From the NCBI GenBank assembly GCA_946965045.2, contig OX337237.1:434001-498000 (forward strand): a stretch of 64,000 nt of DNA, written 5' to 3'. The stretch comes from Epithemia pelagica. Taxonomy: Eukaryota > Protista > Bacillariophyta. Position numbers and translations under genes: made by a program. The notes under the pieces are model-generated. The model ran no database searches, had not been told where the DNA came from, and saw only the letters and a program-made list of their open reading frames with translations. Numbering within the stretch: the stretch's first letter is position 1; each line of letters opens with the position of its first letter. Of the stretch, positions 59,951-64,000 are shown in pieces.

Positions 59951-61080
59951 ATGGATGTAATTGATACACCTCCGTCTTTGCCAGTGGAGGAAGAACTGGA
60001 AGATATCAGCAGAGAGGAGGAGGGCGCGGAACAGGAAGGCGACGAAGAGGACGGTGAAGCTGAATTTCTGCCGCATGTCGATCGTTACATTCAACAACTC
60101 CCGAGAATCATCGGTCGGGGTGGTCTGGCTTCTATTACGATCCGCAGCGTCTCGAAAAGTTCCATTCCGCGGTCAGCTTGACTCCCAAGAACTTGTCGTA
60201 CTATGCCAAGCCACGTCCAAGAGACTGCATCGAGAGAGCGGATGAAACTCCCCGCAGCGACCATCCACTCCGGGCCATTGCCGCGGTTCTAGAATCCGCC
60301 CCAGACAATTCCATTGTTCGAGTCACTGCTTCCTCATTGACCGATATGTTAGCCATTGATCTCCTCTCACATCATGGCGGCTCAAAAACAATTCGAGTTC
60401 TCCTGCATCGTTCCACGGACACCAGAAAAGCTCTTGCGAAGTGGGTCACTGAGATTGGAAACAAGAGGGCTCTCTTGGAGAATGTCGAAATTCGGTTGGT
60501 CGCCATGTCTACTTTTGGGGCCAATAGCAGCAGCAAAGCATCCCTTGATGTAAAATCAGTCATTTCTGACACATACACTGTGCTAGGGAGCTACAATCTC
60601 TCCCGAGCTGGGAATTTTGAGGTGATCGCCACCCAGCAGGAGAGTATCACAACGTTCGACGAGATGTGGGACAATGACTTGGTTTTGACAAACCAAGCAG
60701 AGCGGATATACAACGAACTTTACTATTCCGCGCCGGAAGGATCGAAACGTAAAGCTCGGTATGATGCCATAAATGCTCAAGTTTCAGCCAGAAAGCGAGC
60801 CAAAGCTACGACCCAATCCCAAGCATCCTAATGGATCGTACCACTCAAGGGTATGCACGGTGACGGACACGACACTTGGGAAATCCAGGATTTCGAGCTT
60901 GACGTCGCACATACAGTTGTGGCTCACAGAAAGTGGCATTCCAACAATTGGAACCGGTACAAACTATCTAAAATGCTGCATTTGAAATTCCCAAGTTTTG
61001 ATCAAACCGGGAAAAAGGCTTATGATTTCATTGAAGATGGAGACTTACCTGACGACGCAATTGAGCAGGAAAAAAAATGA
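59951..61080 (+). pseudogene. PLD/Nuc-like single-domain protein with degenerate HKD motif; probable frameshift at ~60100 and in-frame TAA at 60829-60831
   Basis: IRVLL...SLDVKSVISD...VLGSYNLS...NFE...FDEMW follows the HxKxxxxD...GSxN pattern with H replaced by D. The acidic N-terminus (ATG 59951) is in another frame. The frame continues beyond the TAA to 61080. Confidence 0.5.
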
Positions 61081-61908
61081 TTGACAGTGGAGACCCGATA
61101 GAGCCTTGCTTCGAGGATCCCGACAATGTTGAAAATGATAGGTTTTAGGAGACAAAAATGACAAGTAGGAAAACCAAATAGTTTACTAGCATGGTCAACT
61201 CTTTGTCTGGTAGAAGCCAGTGATCATCGGAAGCATTCATTACCTTTGTTGAATCGTCCCTTGGCCATGGTGATGCTGTTGCGGGGATTGCTTTCGGTGG
61301 ATAGAAGACGGAACGCGAGACCTGTGCTTAGGCATCATAGATTATGTAGCGTTCATCTACCTGTCGTCGTGATTGTCGTGACGATGTCGTCTGACTATGG
61401 GAGCAGGGCGACTTTGTCTCTTATGTGTCGTGATGACTGTCGTGAGAATGTCGTGATCGTCGAAAATAATATGTCGTATTACTTGTAGCATTGTTAACTC
61501 GTAGGAGTACTCAATAATACGGTTCAGTGTGCATAGCCACGATTTAGGATAGTATAGTTGTGGTTGTCATCCCTTTGGGCACTCCAAGCGAGCGAGCGAG
61601 TTTCCAGAGACTCTCTTGCAACAACTACAAGAACAACAAGAACAACAACCTTCCTTGAGAGCAAAAGAACCACTCTAAGACAACGACCAACAACGACGAG
61701 ACACTGCAACCAACAAGCCAAAAGAGAATCCAACGAGTTCTCCTCCTCTCCCTCTCTTCAACGACAAACCTCCCTCCACAGAACAAAACAAGAACCACTC
61801 TCCTTCTCACCACCACCAGGAGACAAACAACGACAACGTCTTGAGATTCTCTCGAACAACAACCAACAAGTCAAGAATCTATCCACGAAAACACCGATTT
61901 CATTCATC

Positions 61909-64000
61909 ATGAATGCTTTGTTTCTTGTTTTGTCGTTTTGGACGATGCTCTTGCTTGCCGTGTCACCCTGTCACGCTTGGCAGGGGTCGACACCACGAAC
62001 CGCCACGACCCGTCCGTTGCACCATCCTGGTCATTGTCGTCGCCATTCCATGGTTGTCTTGTCCATGACTAGTAAATCACCGAAGGCTCCGAAGGATGAC
62101 GAAACCCTCAAATACTACTACGATGAAAAACGGTGGAAAAAGGATAACCTTACGGATGGTCAAGAGAGGAGCTTAAATGTCAGTTTGGGATACCGAATTG
62201 GGGATCTCAAAGAAGACAGTAATCGAGTCAATTTAATTCAAGAGGAGTTGAAGATCGACTTGCCTCACTTTTTAAAGACTGGCGAAGAAGTCCATCGTCA
62301 ATCCGTCCCCTTGGACTCTTTGAGAATGGCTCCCTATGACTTTGGATTCAGCCTGCGCCTTGCTCACGACGAGGACCTGAAAGTTTTCTTGCAAGAATTG
62401 GACAAGGTGAGACAATGGCACAAGGATGCCAAGATCCGTGATACATATCTTTCACCGACCTTGACAATAGTGCAATCAAGTGGAACGGGCAAATCGAGAC
62501 TAATGATTGAGGCAAAGAAACAACTTGAGACAAAGAACATTGCATGCCGGACTATTTTACTATCATCGAAGGACCACGCCAACCTTGAAAAAGATACATT
62601 TGATACCTCTTACTGCATTCCTGACACCCTGCCTGGAGAAGATGGTTTGAATAAAGCACGAGATATGTTTCGCAATATGATTTTCCATCAATGCGCCGAG
62701 GCAATTTCAAAATCAAATCCAAATGGGGAACCGAACGAAAATGATCTGGCCGAGGTTATTCTGTTTTTCGACGAAGCACAACACCTGGCAAAGCACGGCG
62801 GCTACTTGTTTCGAGTGCTGCGATGGATTCTTCGAGAGAACCCTGAAATTTCTCTCGACGAAAAGAAATATCGAATTGTTGCTGTTTTGGCGGGGACAAC
62901 CACGTCATTGACCAATTTTTCCTCCGAAGTTGAGGCACAGTCGTCAGACACGAGAGTTCTTAACACCGAGGGCGCATATTTCGAGAAGGGGGAAACACCG
63001 TTTGACCCGTTCTTCATGTTCCGAACGATGGGATGTCTTGCAAACCACCCCGACGTTAGGACTCCTCAAAGCATGAGTGAAAGTGAATACGACAATATGA
63101 TTCGATATGGTCGTCCCTTGTTCGCAGCAATGCACAAGGAGAAAAGGTTGGGCAATAACGAGATCTTTGAAATTGCCAACAAGATTATCCTGGGAGATAT
63201 GACAATGCCTCTGGCGTCTTGTCTCAGTGTACTGGGAACTCGCATCCAGATGGGACAGACATCTGTTGCCATGGTGTCAAGACTAGTCTCCAAAGGCTAC
63301 GCTCACTTGACATCGTTTCAGCAGGCACCAAAGCGGTCTGACGTACCGTCTAAGGCAACATTTACGTTCTTGCCAGACCCTGTTTGCGCCCGGATCTGTA
63401 TGGCACTCATGGACAAGGACTTTGCTATCCAAGGTGGACGGAATGGGAGAGAACGTACGCTTGACGCGACTATCACTGGGAACAAGAAGACCTTTTGGTC
63501 CGCTAAGATGGGCGAGCTTTTTTCGAACAGTATATGCGAGGCCAACAAGGGGGACTACGGCGAAGTGGCATCGGCTTTGTTTTTGTTGTTTTGCGGAGAC
63601 ATTCTTCGCAAGAAGGCAGACCCTGACTACAAGACATTTTCAGTTGCCCTGGGTCAATATCTTGAACAGATTGCAAGAAATACCAATGCTACTGAGGATG
63701 ATGACCCGACGAACGTAGAATCAGGCCATGCGATATCAAATTGTCACGTGAATTTCATACAGTTGTTTCAATATAGATTCCACGTTGCATTGTCCGATCT
63801 TGGGCGGTCGGATTTTCTTGAGGGTTTGTACAACAAGGCTTGCGCAATATACTCTCCAAACAACCGGGAAGCAGCAGATTTGGTGTTTCCCTGCCGATCA
63901 ATGGCATTGTCAGGAAGGGTTGAGTACATTCCCATCTTTGTGAGTGTAAAGAATCAAGCTGAGGTGTATCCCGCGACGGCGAACGGCTTCCTGTCTGAAT
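61909..64000 (+). CDS. Crinkler-type P-loop NTPase + PD-(D/E)XK nuclease protein with signal/transit-like N-terminus; runs off the window (697+ codons; absent from the ORF track)
   Basis: Translated by hand with no stop: YLSPTLTIVQSSGTGKSRL (Walker A), ILFFDEA (Walker B), LAGT, YGRPL, SKGYAH, PDPV, KGDYGEVASAL, AADLVFP...IFVSVKNQ. Confidence 0.8.
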   Translation, partial: MNALFLVLSFWTMLLLAVSPCHAWQGSTPRTATTRPLHHPGHCRRHSMVVLSMTSKSPKAPKDDETLKYYYDEKRWKKDNLTDGQERSLNVSLGYRIGDLKEDSNRVNLIQEELKIDLPHFLKTGEEVHRQSVPLDSLRMAPYDFGFSLRLAHDEDLKVFLQELDKVRQWHKDAKIRDTYLSPTLTIVQSSGTGKSRLMIEAKKQLETKNIACRTILLSSKDHANLEKDTFDTSYCIPDTLPGEDGLNKARDMFRNMIFHQCAEAISKSNPNGEPNENDLAEVILFFDEAQHLAKHGGYLFRVLRWILRENPEISLDEKKYRIVAVLAGTTTSLTNFSSEVEAQSSDTRVLNTEGAYFEKGETPFDPFFMFRTMGCLANHPDVRTPQSMSESEYDNMIRYGRPLFAAMHKEKRLGNNEIFEIANKIILGDMTMPLASCLSVLGTRIQMGQTSVAMVSRLVSKGYAHLTSFQQAPKRSDVPSKATFTFLPDPVCARICMALMDKDFAIQGGRNGRERTLDATITGNKKTFWSAKMGELFSNSICEANKGDYGEVASALFLLFCGDILRKKADPDYKTFSVALGQYLEQIARNTNATEDDDPTNVESGHAISNCHVNFIQLFQYRFHVALSDLGRSDFLEGLYNKACAIYSPNNREAADLVFPCRSMALSGRVEYIPIFVSVKNQAEVYPATANGFLSE

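Noticed and set aside
1-64000. rRNA, tRNA or prokaryotic operon/defence-island interpretation; GTG/TTG starts in the ORF track
   Set aside because: No rRNA or cloverleaf motifs were recognised. Spliceosomal introns and LTR elements show this is eukaryotic nuclear DNA, so ATG starts were reassigned.

Overview
Eukaryotic nuclear DNA, most consistent with a pennate diatom. The taxonomic call is inference from short GT-AG introns, CoDi-like Ty1/copia elements, bipartite plastid-targeting-like presequences and diatom-style LRR and kinase genes. 1-42 kb is gene-rich: a Cys-rich repeat surface protein, a kinase, an Rtt106-like chaperone, two secreted metallophosphoesterases, a mitochondrial phosphate carrier, a DUF3179-like gene, LRR genes, a cytidine deaminase-like gene, two multicopper oxidases, a Vps62-like gene and a Dph6-like gene. 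Many of these carry frameshifts or nonsense codons. 42.3-54.6 kb is a nest of transposable elements: a nonsense-disabled copia gag-pol, a second gag-only copia fragment, and a 3,463-bp TIR element with a 9-bp TSD that splits the copia 5' LTR. That TIR element has no recognisable transposase. It is filled with host-gene fragments (LRR, ABC-F-like ATPase) and appears to be two inverted-repeat modules fused head-to-head, i.e. a composite Pack-MULE-like element. 54.8-59.9 kb holds two PP1 genes from a tandem duplication whose junction is occupied exactly by a 614-bp MITE. The window ends in a 697-codon open ORF missing from the supplied ORF track: a Crinkler-type P-loop NTPase + PD-(D/E)XK nuclease with a signal peptide and plastid-transit-like N-terminus. 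An in-frame chimeric DUF3179/LRR gene lies at 12.4-13.6 kb. No rRNA, tRNA or CRISPR array was recognised. Family names come from motif recognition by eye, not database searches.
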